Shown: one piece after another, positions 48,857-59,250 of the stretch | Layout of the letters: each line of letters opens with the position of its first letter | How positions within the stretch are numbered: the stretch's first letter is position 1 | Assembly (NCBI GenBank): GCA_020634615.1 | Contig: JACKBI010000019.1 | Coordinates: 52,911 to 116,910 of the forward strand | Direction of reading: 5' to 3' | Source of the DNA: Anaerolineales bacterium | GTDB taxonomy: Bacteria > Chloroflexota > Anaerolineae > JAAEKA01 | Length of the DNA stretch: 64,000 bases | Program-made: the position numbers and the translations under genes | The notes under the pieces: model-generated | Database searches by the model: none | What the model was told of the DNA's origin: nothing | What the model saw: the letters and a program-made list of their open reading frames with translations, nothing else

Positions 48857-49231
48857 TTAACGACGTGTCTTCAGGTCGTATGGCTGAATCAGCACATCGG
48901 CAGAGATGCCAAGACCTGCCTGAAGACTACGTATCATCTCGATGGAAAGTGGACGCCTGCGGTTGAGGATCTCGGACACCCGCCCTCTTGAACCTAGAAA
49001 CGGCTCCAGATCACGACGTTCCAGACCCTGGCTTTCCATTTGATGCAAGATTGCCTCGATGGGATCCGGCGGCATGATGGGATGATGCTTTTCTTCATAG
49101 GCTTCAACCAGTGTCACCAACACATCCAGACGATCCCCTTCACTAGAGCCATAAGGCGAACCCCATAGACTCTCGATCTCCGTCAATGCAGCGTCGTAAT
49201 CAAATTCTGTGCGGATTGGTTTGATTTCCAT
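48857..49231 (-). CDS. higA: HigA-family antitoxin (HTH)
   Basis: IKPIRTEFDYDAAL, LVEAYEEKH..PDPIEAI, GSRGRVSEILNRRRPLS. Confidence 0.88.
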   Translation of the reverse strand: MEIKPIRTEFDYDAALTEIESLWGSPYGSSEGDRLDVLVTLVEAYEEKHHPIMPPDPIEAILHQMESQGLERRDLEPFLGSRGRVSEILNRRRPLSIEMIRSLQAGLGISADVLIQPYDLKTRR

Positions 49232-49239
49232 AGCTCGCC

Positions 49240-49533
49240 TCAGATGGTTTTTGCATCTATCCTGTCATAGTCACGGTGTGTACCGACAAAACGAACATAG
49301 ATCACTTCATAAGAGTAATCTATCGCCACCACTAAGCGATAATCGTTGCCTTTGATGTTGAAAACGACACGATCCGCCGAGACAATACTGGCGTTGCGAT
49401 ACGACGTTTTGACGTCTGCCGGTGATTTCCAAACTGAGCGTTTGGCGTTGGCATACCATGCACGCAACGGCTGCTCTACATCAGGATGTTGCTGCCAGTA
49501 CTCTCGCAATGTCCGTATGGCGATGATCCGCAT
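49240..49533 (-). CDS. higB: HigB-family toxin
   Basis: MRIIAIRTLREYW, W..PADVK..Y..AS, VFNIKGNDYRLV, RFVGTH..YD. Confidence 0.9.
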   Translation of the reverse strand: MRIIAIRTLREYWQQHPDVEQPLRAWYANAKRSVWKSPADVKTSYRNASIVSADRVVFNIKGNDYRLVVAIDYSYEVIYVRFVGTHRDYDRIDAKTI

Positions 49534-49538
49534 CACTT

Positions 49539-49547
49539 ATTCTAGCA
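49539..49547 (-). promoter_or_regulatory. Extended -10, probable leaderless higB promoter
   Basis: TGC-TAGAAT 5 nt before ATG. Confidence 0.5.
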
Positions 49548-49626
49548 CGATCCCATTTTGGGATCAATTTCCAATTTTGCTCGCCGCTTCACCAGCGCCT
49601 ACCCGGCGCGCTTCCGGCCGCTGTTC

Positions 49627-50910
49627 TTACTGCTCGCCCCAGATAAGCTCTGCGTTGCCAATAACCACCGTTTCCCCGTCTTCGACGCCGGCTTCTTCCA
49701 GCGCCCTGCTGATGCCCATGGCGTCGAGGATACGCTGGAAACGCATTTCCGCCTCGTAGTAGTCCCAGTTGGTCATGGCCGCGGCGCGCTCGATGCGGAT
49801 GCCGGTAACCCGCCAGTGGTCATCCGCTTGCTCGATGTCGAAGTAGTCCTCGTCCATCTCGGGGCGGAAGATAACCGGCTGCACAGCAGTCGGCGCCGGT
49901 TTGGGCAATGCCTCCAGCGCTGTCACCACCCGGCGCAGCAGCGTCTGGACGTTCTCGCCCGTGATGGCAGAAATTGCCAGCGGCTCCGGCACACCCTGAG
50001 CCACCAGCGCGTCCCGCACGTCCGGCCACAGCGACTGCACATCGGGCAGGTCCATCTTGTTGAACACGACGATCTGCGGCTTGTCGGCCAACGCTGGATT
50101 GAAAAGCTCCAACTCAGTGTTGATCGCCTCGAAGTCGCCCAGCGGGTCTGGACTCAACCCGTTGAGCAGGTGAACCACCATCCGGGTGCGTTCAATGTGG
50201 CGCAGGAAGCGATGTCCCAGGCCACTGCCGCTGTGCGCACCCTCGATCAAACCGGGGATGTCGGCCATCACGAAGTCTTTGTGATCGATCACCACCACGC
50301 CGAGATTAGGGACCAGGGTCGTAAACGGATAGTCGGCGATCTTCGGCGTGGCGCGGCTGACGACCGACAGCAGCGTCGATTTGCCAGCGTTGGGCACGCC
50401 TACGATGCCCACATCCGCGATCAACTTCAGTTCCAGCCGCAGCCAGCGTTCCTCGCCCGGCTCACCAAGTTCGGCCAGGCGCGGCGCCTGGTTGATCGAA
50501 CTCTTGAATACGGCGTTGCCGCGCCCGCCCCGCCCGCCGCGTGCAACGATAGCCTCCTGGCCGTTTTCGACCAGATCGGCCACCAGTTCACCCGTATCAC
50601 GCAAATAGACCAGCGTTCCCATGGGCACAGGGACGACAACATTCTCGCCGGTTCTGCCCTGTTTGTTCTTGCCGCCGCCATGGCCGCCGCGCCCGGCCTT
50701 GTGATGCACCTTGTATTTGAAGGGGATGAGCGTATTCAGCCCCTCGTCGGCGCGCAGGATGACGTCGCCGCCCTTGCCGCCGTTGCCGCCGACTGGTCCA
50801 CCGCGCGGCGAATATTTCTCGCGTCGAAAGGCGACGACGCCATTGCCGCCATCGCCTGCCTGAACATTGATCGTTATCTCATCGAATAGCAAATCGTTTT
50901 CTTTTGTCAT
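49627..50910 (-). CDS. obgE: GTPase ObgE/CgtA
   Basis: [55 protein letters not shown]-terminal DUF1967. Confidence 0.97.
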   Translation of the reverse strand: MTKENDLLFDEITINVQAGDGGNGVVAFRREKYSPRGGPVGGNGGKGGDVILRADEGLNTLIPFKYKVHHKAGRGGHGGGKNKQGRTGENVVVPVPMGTLVYLRDTGELVADLVENGQEAIVARGGRGGRGNAVFKSSINQAPRLAELGEPGEERWLRLELKLIADVGIVGVPNAGKSTLLSVVSRATPKIADYPFTTLVPNLGVVVIDHKDFVMADIPGLIEGAHSGSGLGHRFLRHIERTRMVVHLLNGLSPDPLGDFEAINTELELFNPALADKPQIVVFNKMDLPDVQSLWPDVRDALVAQGVPEPLAISAITGENVQTLLRRVVTALEALPKPAPTAVQPVIFRPEMDEDYFDIEQADDHWRVTGIRIERAAAMTNWDYYEAEMRFQRILDAMGISRALEEAGVEDGETVVIGNAELIWGEQ

Positions 50911-50918
50911 TGGCTGGG

Positions 50919-50927
50919 ATTATATCA
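50919..50927 (-). promoter_or_regulatory. Extended -10, probable leaderless obgE promoter
   Basis: TGA-TATAAT 8 nt before ATG, no SD. Confidence 0.5.
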
Positions 50928-51050
50928 TAGCCAACACCTCACACAAAGCCTAACCGGAGACAGGTTGCGGAATTTGTGACCGCGGGCGTATAATCTTGGT
51001 TCATTAGACTACTACCATGAACGGCTGATTGCCGGCAGAAAAGGTGACCC

Positions 51051-51971
51051 ATGATACGACGATTGATGCTCGCTGGCCTGACAGCAGGGCTGATCCTGGC
51101 GGGCTGTAGCGGCGTTGGAACCAGGCAGCCAACGGGCCGGCTGGCTTTCGAGCGCAAAGAAAACGACAACAGCGATGTCTACGTGATGAACCCCGACGGA
51201 ACGGGACTTACCCGCCTTACCGATGATCCCGGCTGGGACGGCACGCCGGCCTGGTCGCCCGATGGCACGCAGATCGCGTTCTCGTCAGAGCGGCTGGGAT
51301 CGCCGGTGATCATGCTGATGAACGCAGATGGCAGCGATCAGCGCGCGCTGACAGATGCGTCTTATGCCAGCCTCATGCCAACGTGGTCGCCTGACGGCAC
51401 ACAGATCGCCTTCGCGTCGACTCGCACCTACGAAGTACAACAGCAAGGCGGGCATCAGGAGGTCGATGGCGGCTTCGAGCTCTGGATCATGAATGCCGAC
51501 GGCAGCGACCAGCAACGCATCACCGGCAACCCGGAAGACCAGTCGCTCTATCCCTCCTGGTCGCCAGACGGCAAGCAACTGGCGTTCGTGGAGGTAACCG
51601 ACAAACTGCGCATCATGGCACAAGAACCGGTTCAAGATGCGCAGGCGACGAACCTCACCGACTCCGTGGAAGGCCGGCACTTCACCCCTGCCTGGTCGCC
51701 AGATGGCCGCAAGATCGCGTTCATGAGTCAACAGAACAACCTGGCCGATCTCTGGATGCTGGATGTCAAGAGCGGTGAAACGACGCATTTCAGCCAGCCA
51801 AACTCGGACGACAGCGAGCCAGCCTGGTCACCGGATGGCAAGGAACTCGTCTTCATGTCAAACCGGGACGGCCCACAGAGTCTTTACATCATGGACGCGG
51901 ACGGCCAGAACGTTCGTCGCGTGACCACGGACGGCGCAGAATATGCCCATCCGGCGTGGGGTGGCAAATAA
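51051..51971 (+). CDS. Lipoprotein with PD40/TolB-like beta-propeller
   Basis: Lipobox LAGC; five WSPDG repeats. Confidence 0.88.
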   Translation: MIRRLMLAGLTAGLILAGCSGVGTRQPTGRLAFERKENDNSDVYVMNPDGTGLTRLTDDPGWDGTPAWSPDGTQIAFSSERLGSPVIMLMNADGSDQRALTDASYASLMPTWSPDGTQIAFASTRTYEVQQQGGHQEVDGGFELWIMNADGSDQQRITGNPEDQSLYPSWSPDGKQLAFVEVTDKLRIMAQEPVQDAQATNLTDSVEGRHFTPAWSPDGRKIAFMSQQNNLADLWMLDVKSGETTHFSQPNSDDSEPAWSPDGKELVFMSNRDGPQSLYIMDADGQNVRRVTTDGAEYAHPAWGGK

Positions 51972-52040
51972 AACTCGATCGGCCGGCAAGTTAGTCCCCG
52001 TCGGCGCCCGGCTTGAAATCCTAAGGAGCAATGGAGCAAG

Positions 52041-53750
52041 ATGGAAACATCGGACCTGATACGAGCGGCACGCGGTGACGCAGCGGCTGATTTGCTGCTG
52101 CGCAACGGGCAGGTGGTCAATGTCTTTTCCGGTGAGATTGAGCGCGCCGACATCGCAATTGCCGGCGGCGTGATCGTCGGATTAGGCGCTGGCTACACGG
52201 CTGTCCAGGAGCATGATCTGGCTGGCGCGCTGGTAGCACCCGGTTTCATCGATGCTCACGTACACATCGAAAGTTCCATGTGTACCACGCCTCAGTTCGC
52301 CCGCGCCGTCCTGCCCAGGGGCACCACAACTGTCATCACCGATCCGCACGAGATCGCCAACGTCCACGGCCTGGCGGGCATCCGCTACATGCTGCACGCG
52401 GCGCGCCACACCCCGCTGAACGTCTGGGTCAACGTTCCCTCCTGCGTGCCGGCCACGGCGATGGAGACGTCCGGCGCGACGCTGCCGGCTGAGGCGCTGC
52501 TGACCCTGCTGGATGATCCGGGCGTGCTGGGGTTGGCCGAGATGATGAACTACCCCGGCGTGGTCTTCGGCGATGCCGAGGTGCTGGCCAAGATCGCCGG
52601 CTTTCGCGGCCGTCCGCTGGATGGCCACGCGCCCGGATTGACCGGCCAACAACTCAACGCCTACGTCGCGACCGGCATCGGCTCTGACCACGAGTGCACC
52701 ACGGTGGAGGAAGCGGCGGAAAAGCTGGCGCGCGGTCTGTACATCCTGATCCGTGAGGCCACCAACGCCCACAACCTGGAAACGCTGCTGCCGCTGGTCA
52801 CCCCGCGCAACAGCCGGCGCATTTGCTTCTGCACCGACGACCGCCAGCCAGCCGACCTGCTGGACCAGGGCGGTATCGACTACATGGTCCGCACGGCCAT
52901 CCGCCACGGCGTCGATCCCGTGACCGCGATCCAGATGGCGACGCTGAACACCACTGAATGGTTCGGTCTGCACGATCGCGGCGCAGTGGCGCCGGGCCGC
53001 CGCGCCGATCTGGTTGTCTTCGACAGCTTCAGCGACCTGCGCGCACGCCAGGTTTACGTCGCCGGCCAGCTTGTGGCGCGCGATGGACAGATGCAGGTCG
53101 CGGCGCAGGCCGCGCCTGAATTCCTGCTGCCGTCGTGCATGAACGTCGCCTGGGAGCTCGTGGATCTGGCCATCCCCGCCGCGGGCACGAAGGTCCGTGT
53201 CATCGGCACGATCGAGAATCAACTGGTCACCGAGCACCTGATCCTTGAACCGCGGCTTGCAGACGGCATGGCTGTGGCAGACGTGTCGCGCGATCTGCTA
53301 AAGATGGCGGTCATCGAACGGCACCACGCCACCGGCAACGTCGGCAAGGGGTTCATCAAGAACATCGGGCTGAAACGGGGCGCGCTGGCGTCGTCGGTGG
53401 CCCACGACCACCACAACATTGTCGTCGTTGGCGCGGACGACACCAGCATGATGACCGCAGCGCGTGCCGTGGCTGATATGGGAGGCGGGCTGGCGGCCGC
53501 GGATGGCGACCACGTGTTGGCCGGCCTGTCGCTGCCAGTAGCCGGGTTGATGTGTGAGGAACCCATCGGGCAGGTGCGCGCCCAGTTCGATGAGGTGCTG
53601 CGCGCGGCGCACGGACTGGGTTCGACTCTGCACGACCCTTTCATGGCCATGAGCTTCAGCGCGCTGGAGGTCATCCCCCACCTCAAGCTGACCGACGTGG
53701 GGCTGGTGGATGTGGACCGGTTCGAGATCGTGCCGCTGTTTGTGGAGTAG
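52041..53750 (+). CDS. ade: Adenine deaminase
   Basis: PGFIDAHVHIESS, DPHEIANV, EMMNYPG, DGHAPG, DHEC, CTDD, SSVAHDHHN. Confidence 0.95.
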   Translation: METSDLIRAARGDAAADLLLRNGQVVNVFSGEIERADIAIAGGVIVGLGAGYTAVQEHDLAGALVAPGFIDAHVHIESSMCTTPQFARAVLPRGTTTVITDPHEIANVHGLAGIRYMLHAARHTPLNVWVNVPSCVPATAMETSGATLPAEALLTLLDDPGVLGLAEMMNYPGVVFGDAEVLAKIAGFRGRPLDGHAPGLTGQQLNAYVATGIGSDHECTTVEEAAEKLARGLYILIREATNAHNLETLLPLVTPRNSRRICFCTDDRQPADLLDQGGIDYMVRTAIRHGVDPVTAIQMATLNTTEWFGLHDRGAVAPGRRADLVVFDSFSDLRARQVYVAGQLVARDGQMQVAAQAAPEFLLPSCMNVAWELVDLAIPAAGTKVRVIGTIENQLVTEHLILEPRLADGMAVADVSRDLLKMAVIERHHATGNVGKGFIKNIGLKRGALASSVAHDHHNIVVVGADDTSMMTAARAVADMGGGLAAADGDHVLAGLSLPVAGLMCEEPIGQVRAQFDEVLRAAHGLGSTLHDPFMAMSFSALEVIPHLKLTDVGLVDVDRFEIVPLFVE

Positions 53751-53782
53751 GCGCGGTTGAGATTTGGTTGAAAAACACAATA

Positions 53783-53819
53783 GATGCACTTAATAAACAT
53801 TTATGCTTGTTAAGTGCAT
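53783..53819. other. AT-rich hairpin downstream of ade
   Basis: GATGCACTTA..TAAGTGCATC inverted repeat. Confidence 0.45.
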
Positions 53820-53907
53820 CTTCAATTTGTGATGAAGCCGCTTGACAGTCATTGGGCGCCTGGTTTATTGTGGTCATGGTCCCTTATCGAGAGGAGTGAA
53901 CCAAGCT

Positions 53908-55083
53908 ATGCGACTCATCAACCAACGAACACCAACGGTCCGCCTTTTTGCTGTCATGACCCTGGCGTTGCTGCTTGCGGCCGGCTGCGGCGGCCAGCCG
54001 CAGGGCAGCCTGCCCGCCGCGACGCCGCAAGCCTCACCGGCCGCGGCGACCATGACGCCAACCTCGCTGTCGGCAACCGTCGCGCCAACCTTACCGCCGC
54101 CAGCCGCGACCCCGCCGCCGCCCGCAACGCCCGATCCCACCGCCACGCCCACGGAACCAGTCCCCACAGCCGAACCGACTGCAACCCGCGCGCCATCAGT
54201 GCAGGAATACCCGGTGCCGTCGGGCGCGCATCCGCACGATGTCGCGCCCGCGCTCGATGGCGGTGTCTGGTACACGGCGCAGCAACAGGGCGCGCTGGGC
54301 TGGCTCGACCCCGTCAGCGGTGAGACGCGCCAGATTCCCCTCGGCGCAGGGTCGGCGCCTCACGGCGTCATCGTCGGCCCTGACGGCGCGCCGTGGATCA
54401 CCGACGGCGGCCTTAACGCCATCGTGCGCGTCGATCCGGGGAGCGAACGGGTGCAGACCTACCCACTGCCGCCCGACACCGGCTATGCCAACCTGAACAC
54501 CGCAGCGTTCGACGGAAACGGCGTCCTCTGGTTCACCGGGCAGAGCGGCATCTACGGCCGGCTGAACCCCGGGACAGGCGTGGTCGAGGTGTTCAACGCG
54601 CCGAGGGGCCGGGGGCCATACGGCATCGCCACCACGCCGGACGGCGACGTCTACTATGCCTCGCTGGCCGGCAGCCACATCGCCCGCATCGACACGGCGA
54701 GCGGCGCGGCGACGGTGCTGGAGCCGCCGACGGCAGGCCAGGGCGCGCGCCGCGTCTGGTCGGACTCGACAGGGCGTATCTGGGTCAGCGAGTGGAACGC
54801 GGGGCAGGTCGCGGTCTACGACCCGACCGACGACTCGTGGCGCGAGTGGCGGCTGCCCGGCGACCGTCCACAGGCCTACGCGGTCTTTGTCGATGAGTTA
54901 GACAAAGTATGGCTGACCGACTTTGGCAGCAATTCGATCGTGCGCTTCGACCCGGACAGCGAGAGCTTCGACGTGTTCGAGTTGCCCAGTGCCGGCGCGG
55001 CCGTGCGCCAGATACTGGGCCGGCCGGGCGAGCTGTGGGGCGCGGAGTCGGGGACGGATAAGCTGGTGGTGGTGCGCTACTGA
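53908..55083 (+). CDS. Vgb-family (virginiamycin B lyase-like) beta-propeller lipoprotein with P/T-rich linker
   Basis: Lipobox LAAGC, PHDVAPA.DG.VWYT, PHGVIVGPDGAPWITD, PYGI.TTPDG repeats; GAGGAG SD. Confidence 0.85.
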   Translation: MRLINQRTPTVRLFAVMTLALLLAAGCGGQPQGSLPAATPQASPAAATMTPTSLSATVAPTLPPPAATPPPPATPDPTATPTEPVPTAEPTATRAPSVQEYPVPSGAHPHDVAPALDGGVWYTAQQQGALGWLDPVSGETRQIPLGAGSAPHGVIVGPDGAPWITDGGLNAIVRVDPGSERVQTYPLPPDTGYANLNTAAFDGNGVLWFTGQSGIYGRLNPGTGVVEVFNAPRGRGPYGIATTPDGDVYYASLAGSHIARIDTASGAATVLEPPTAGQGARRVWSDSTGRIWVSEWNAGQVAVYDPTDDSWREWRLPGDRPQAYAVFVDELDKVWLTDFGSNSIVRFDPDSESFDVFELPSAGAAVRQILGRPGELWGAESGTDKLVVVRY

Positions 55084-55088
55084 CATGA

Positions 55089-56435
55089 TCAGAACCAGGT
55101 CAAAACGTCGAGCGTTTCGGTTTCTTCGAGTGTCGCAGTAGGCCGCGGTGTCTCTGTGGCTTCGGGAGTGTGCGTGGCTTCTTCTGTCTCGGTTGGCTCT
55201 GTTGTGAGTGTTGGTGTGGGGGTGACAAGGCGCGGCGTCGCGCTCGGTGTGGCGGTGCGGGTTGCAACCGGTGTGTAGGTGGCGCTGGGCGTGTATGTCG
55301 CCGTCGGCGATGGCGTAGCCGAGGCTGGCTGTTGGGTTGCCGTCCGCGATGGCGTGGCGTTGACCGGTAGCGGGGTCGCAGTTGCTGCCGGCTGCGTTGT
55401 CCCGGTTGGTTCGACCGGCTTGCCAGTGGGTTGAGACACACCTGACGATATCGATGTTGCAGTTGCTGTCGGCGGCAACGACTCTGGCGTCGGTGTTGGC
55501 GGCGAGAAGGTCGGCGTTTTAGTTGGTGTTGGTCGTGATGGAGGCGTTGCCGTGGTGAGTTCCGTTGCGGTGGCCTCGCTCTGGACTGTTGTGGTAGTGG
55601 CCGATGGCTGGCGCGTCGGCGCAGCTTTGGTGGCGGTGGGTGTCGACGTCGCCGGCAGAGTTGGCAGCGCGGGCGGCTCGCCGTCGGAACGGTAGCCGCG
55701 CAACGTGGACGGATCGAGCAGACCGGCCTGCGCCCACTGTTCCAGATCCGCCAGTTGCCGGGTGATCTGTGACACGGAAGCTTGCTGCCCGGCTGGCAAC
55801 CGGCCGGCGATGCTCAGCAGCCAGGCGCGGCCCTCATAGGCGATGCTGACCAGGCCCTGCAACGTGACCGACGATGCGGACTCAGGGTTGACCGCCAATT
55901 CAGCCAGCGCGCGATCTATCTCCCCGCCGAACCGTGTGACATCGTCCAGCACAACGGTTTGACTGTCGGTCCAGCCGGCTTGCAGTTCAGCCAGTTGCTG
56001 CTCTGCCAGAAGCAGGTGCTGGCCGGCGCGAAAATTGGCATCCGGGGACACGCGTATCGCTGCCGTCTGGGCCAGACGTCGCAACGGGTACAGGGTTTCA
56101 CCCGGCGCGCTGCTCCAGGCGGCTCCGATGACCAGGATTACCACCAACGCGGCCGCAGCCAGCCCCAGCGGAACGATCAATCCGCGCAGCGTGTCGCCCA
56201 GTCGCTGCCCCCAGCTCGCTGAATGGTCTGCCAGCGCCGCGTCGCGCAGAATAACGCGGCCGCGACTGAAGGCGTCGGCGGACAGGGCCGGCGGCGCTGA
56301 GCGCAGCATCTGGCCAACCTGCAACAGCGGGGCCAGATCGGCCGCATGTTGCGGAAAGCGCGCCAGGCAGGATTGCAGCGATTCGCCGCGCCGCATCCGC
56401 TCCAGACAATCGTTCAACGCCTCTTCAAACGTCAT
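55089..56435 (-). CDS. DUF5667-containing anti-sigma-like membrane protein with long P/T-rich tail
   Basis: EEALNDCLERM..CLARFP N-terminus, one TM, SAPGETLYPLRR motif; overlaps the sigma gene stop. Confidence 0.78.
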   Translation of the reverse strand: MTFEEALNDCLERMRRGESLQSCLARFPQHAADLAPLLQVGQMLRSAPPALSADAFSRGRVILRDAALADHSASWGQRLGDTLRGLIVPLGLAAAALVVILVIGAAWSSAPGETLYPLRRLAQTAAIRVSPDANFRAGQHLLLAEQQLAELQAGWTDSQTVVLDDVTRFGGEIDRALAELAVNPESASSVTLQGLVSIAYEGRAWLLSIAGRLPAGQQASVSQITRQLADLEQWAQAGLLDPSTLRGYRSDGEPPALPTLPATSTPTATKAAPTRQPSATTTTVQSEATATELTTATPPSRPTPTKTPTFSPPTPTPESLPPTATATSISSGVSQPTGKPVEPTGTTQPAATATPLPVNATPSRTATQQPASATPSPTATYTPSATYTPVATRTATPSATPRLVTPTPTLTTEPTETEEATHTPEATETPRPTATLEETETLDVLTWF

Positions 56436-57031
56436 ACCTCTGATCCCTGGCCTTCTCTTGAGTTGCTCAGCACCCGCCGGAGGTTTTCCAGCGCCCGGTG
56501 CTGCAGCGCTTTGACCGCGCCTTCACTCTTCTTCATCGCTCTCGCCGTCTGCGCACTGCTCAGGTCGGCAACGAACCGGTAGTAGAGCACCTGGCGCTGG
56601 CTGTCGTTGAGCGAAGCCATAGCCTGCCGCAGCTCATCCTGGGTCGCCATGCGATCCAGCCTGCTACTTCCCGATGAGGACTGGTCGCTTCCTGCCAGCT
56701 CTTGCATCTTGTTCTCCGTGAAACGGTCTGAGCGCGCCTGCCTGCGAAAGTAGTCGGTAATCCGGTTGCCGGCAATGCGAAAAATCCATGCTGAAAAGGC
56801 CGCGACCTGCTGCTCGGACGGGATACGAAAGCTGGAGATATGCTCCACCAGCCGTACAAACACGTCCATGGCCAGATCCTCAGCCAGTGCCTGTTCGCCA
56901 ACGCGAAACCAGATATAGCGATAAACTTTGTCGACGTAGAGAAGGTACAGCCGGTCGAGCGCGGCGGCATCTCGCCGTTTGGCGCGCTCTAGCAATTGAG
57001 CCATCTCTAGATCGGTGCAGACGTCTTGCAT
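56432..57031 (-). CDS. ECF RNA polymerase sigma factor
   Basis: LYVDKVYRYI, AEDLAMDVF, WIFRIAGNRITDYFR, QRQVLYYRF..SAQTA..M.KSEGAVKALQHRAL. Confidence 0.92.
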   Translation of the reverse strand: MQDVCTDLEMAQLLERAKRRDAAALDRLYLLYVDKVYRYIWFRVGEQALAEDLAMDVFVRLVEHISSFRIPSEQQVAAFSAWIFRIAGNRITDYFRRQARSDRFTENKMQELAGSDQSSSGSSRLDRMATQDELRQAMASLNDSQRQVLYYRFVADLSSAQTARAMKKSEGAVKALQHRALENLRRVLSNSREGQGSEV

Positions 57032-57243
57032 CGGTTGCCTGTATCAACAAACGCACGGCGGGTCGAAAACGTTGCGCAATTCGCGCCAAGTTCCGCTTCT
57101 ATTCTCGACAGGTCAGGCTGCCGGGCAAATCTGCGGATTGCCCGTATCGTTTTTGGTTGACCGCCCGTTTGCCCCCAGTAGTTGTCATCTGGCGATTCGT
57201 CCCGTTTTTCACTCGCGACAACAAGCATGGAGGCAAACTCACA

Positions 57244-59076
57244 ATGTCCCGACTTTCACTCACACCCGACAGAAAACGCTGGTCCTGGATTGCGATCGTA
57301 CTTGCGGCGGCTTTGCTGGTAGCGTTGGCAGCGTTGGTATTGCGCAAGCCCGAGCCGGTGCAGGCCACCAGCAACTTCATGACCGTGTTCGCTGAGACCT
57401 ACCCGGACGCAGCCGGCACCCGCCTCAACGCGTGCCAGCTCTGCCACACATCCGAGGCGATGCCGGCTCTCAACGCCTACGGCAGCGCCTACCAGACTCA
57501 CGGCCACAACCTGACCGCGATCGAGCCGCTGGACTCGGACGGCGACGGCTGGTCGAATATCACTGAAATCATGGCCGCAACCTGGCCTGGCGACCCGGTC
57601 GATCATCCGGCAGGCGAGCCGGCGGCTGCCGTGGCAGCGCCAGTAGAAGCTGAATCGCCTGCGGTCGTGTCTGGCGAATACAAGCTGATTGGCTGGAACG
57701 ACCTCGGCATGCACTGCGTGGACGACGACTTCAGCGTGTTCTCGATTCTGCCGCCCTACAACAACATCTGGGCGCAACTGGTGCGCCAGCCGGTCGGCGG
57801 CGGCGTTCCCGAGGTTGTCACGCAGGGCGTCACTGTCGAGTACAGCTTCGTCGACAACAGCGAGTCGGCCAGCAAGATCAACTTCTGGGACAACGTCGAT
57901 CTGCTGTTTGGCGTCAACCCGCCGCCCAACATCGGGCTGACCGGCAACGGTCTGACGGGCGCAATGGCTGCCGCGGGCGATCACTTTTTCGCCGAGGGCG
58001 TACCGCTGACGCCGTACACGGACAGCCAGCCGACTCTGCGCCAGCCGTATCAACTGGCGCGGTTGGTGGCGCGCAGCGATGCAACCGGTGAGGTACTGGC
58101 GGAAACGACTTTCGTTGCGCCGGTGTCCGACGAGATCAACTGCGCCAACTGCCATCACGACGGCGGTGTGGGCGGCTTCAACACCGGCAGTTGGCGGCGC
58201 AACATTCTGCTCTACCACGACGAAGAGGAGCATACGCATCTTGCCAGCAATCAGCCGGTGCTGTGCGCCAGTTGTCACGCTTCGGCTGCGCTGGGCGCGC
58301 CCGGTGTGCCCGGCGTGCCCAACCTCTCGCGCGCCATGCACCACAAGCACGCACCCGACGATCGCGCGGCTGAGGCGTCGTCAGGCAGTGGTGACCAACT
58401 CAACATTCTGGACGTCGAAAACATGGTGGCCTGGGCAACGGGCAACGTCACATCAACGGTTGCGCTGGATCGCAGTCCCAGCGACGAGGGCACCAACGAC
58501 TGCTACCAGTGCCATCCCGGCCCGGAAACCCGCTGCTTGCGCGATACCATGTCGGCGCAGGGGATGTGGTGTACCGACTGCCACGGCGACATGAACGCGG
58601 TCGCCAATCCAAACCGCCGTCCCTGGATCGACGAGCCGCGCTGTGGCGACTGTCACGGTTCCGTATACGCTGAGAATCCCGGCAAGCTGTTCCGCCAGTC
58701 CACCGGCCACGGCGGGCTATACTGCGAAGCCTGCCACAACAGCACGCACGCCATCCTGCCCAGCACGCAGCCGGAGGACAACATCCAGGTCATCGCGCTG
58801 CAAGGCTTCGCCGGCACGTTGAGCGACTGCACGGTGTGTCACGGCAACAACGTGCCGCCCGGCCCCGGTCCGCACGGCTTGCCGAATCCCAACCCAACGC
58901 CGACCGGTACGGCCTCTCCAACAGCGACGCCGACCAGTACGCCCACCGGGCAAGGCACGCCTACGCCAACCGTGACCCGCACGACAACGCCGACTCGCAC
59001 CGCCACACCGACGCGGACAGAAACGCCTGAACCGAATGATCGCTGGAAGCTCTACGTCCCGCTGATCATGAAATAG
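57244..59076 (+). CDS. Secreted multiheme (8 CxxCH) cytochrome c with P/T-rich tail and C-terminal LYVPLI motif
   Basis: GGAGG SD before ATG 57244, signal peptide, motifs CQLCH, CANCH, CASCH, CYQCH, CTDCH, CGDCH, CEACH, CTVCH. Confidence 0.9.
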   Translation: MSRLSLTPDRKRWSWIAIVLAAALLVALAALVLRKPEPVQATSNFMTVFAETYPDAAGTRLNACQLCHTSEAMPALNAYGSAYQTHGHNLTAIEPLDSDGDGWSNITEIMAATWPGDPVDHPAGEPAAAVAAPVEAESPAVVSGEYKLIGWNDLGMHCVDDDFSVFSILPPYNNIWAQLVRQPVGGGVPEVVTQGVTVEYSFVDNSESASKINFWDNVDLLFGVNPPPNIGLTGNGLTGAMAAAGDHFFAEGVPLTPYTDSQPTLRQPYQLARLVARSDATGEVLAETTFVAPVSDEINCANCHHDGGVGGFNTGSWRRNILLYHDEEEHTHLASNQPVLCASCHASAALGAPGVPGVPNLSRAMHHKHAPDDRAAEASSGSGDQLNILDVENMVAWATGNVTSTVALDRSPSDEGTNDCYQCHPGPETRCLRDTMSAQGMWCTDCHGDMNAVANPNRRPWIDEPRCGDCHGSVYAENPGKLFRQSTGHGGLYCEACHNSTHAILPSTQPEDNIQVIALQGFAGTLSDCTVCHGNNVPPGPGPHGLPNPNPTPTGTASPTATPTSTPTGQGTPTPTVTRTTTPTRTATPTRTETPEPNDRWKLYVPLIMK

Positions 59077-59133
59077 TGGTTCGGTGTCCGCTGACACCTG
59101 GACGGCTGTAAGGGAGCAGTAACTGACAAGAAA

Positions 59134-59169
59134 AAGAGCGCCAATGCCTGTTACGGCATTGGCGCTCTT
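59134..59169. terminator. Bidirectional terminator between convergent cytochrome and META genes
   Basis: AAGAGCGCCAATGCC-TGTTAC-GGCATTGGCGCTCTT preceded by an A run. Confidence 0.75.
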
Positions 59170-59250
59170 GGTGTTTATAACGTGCCCCGCTTTGGCCGGT
59201 CTCCCGACCGTGCCAACACCGGCAAGTTGTTTATGGACGTGTCCTTTACG

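Noticed and set aside
53908-55083. Streptogramin resistance gene vgb
   Set aside because: It is a lipoprotein with a P/T linker, typical of the broad uncharacterised Vgb-like propeller family; resistance cannot be inferred.
56788-57243. 152-codon N-terminal extension of the cytochrome ORF
   Set aside because: It overlaps the ECF sigma gene; a GGAGG SD and a signal peptide support ATG 57244.
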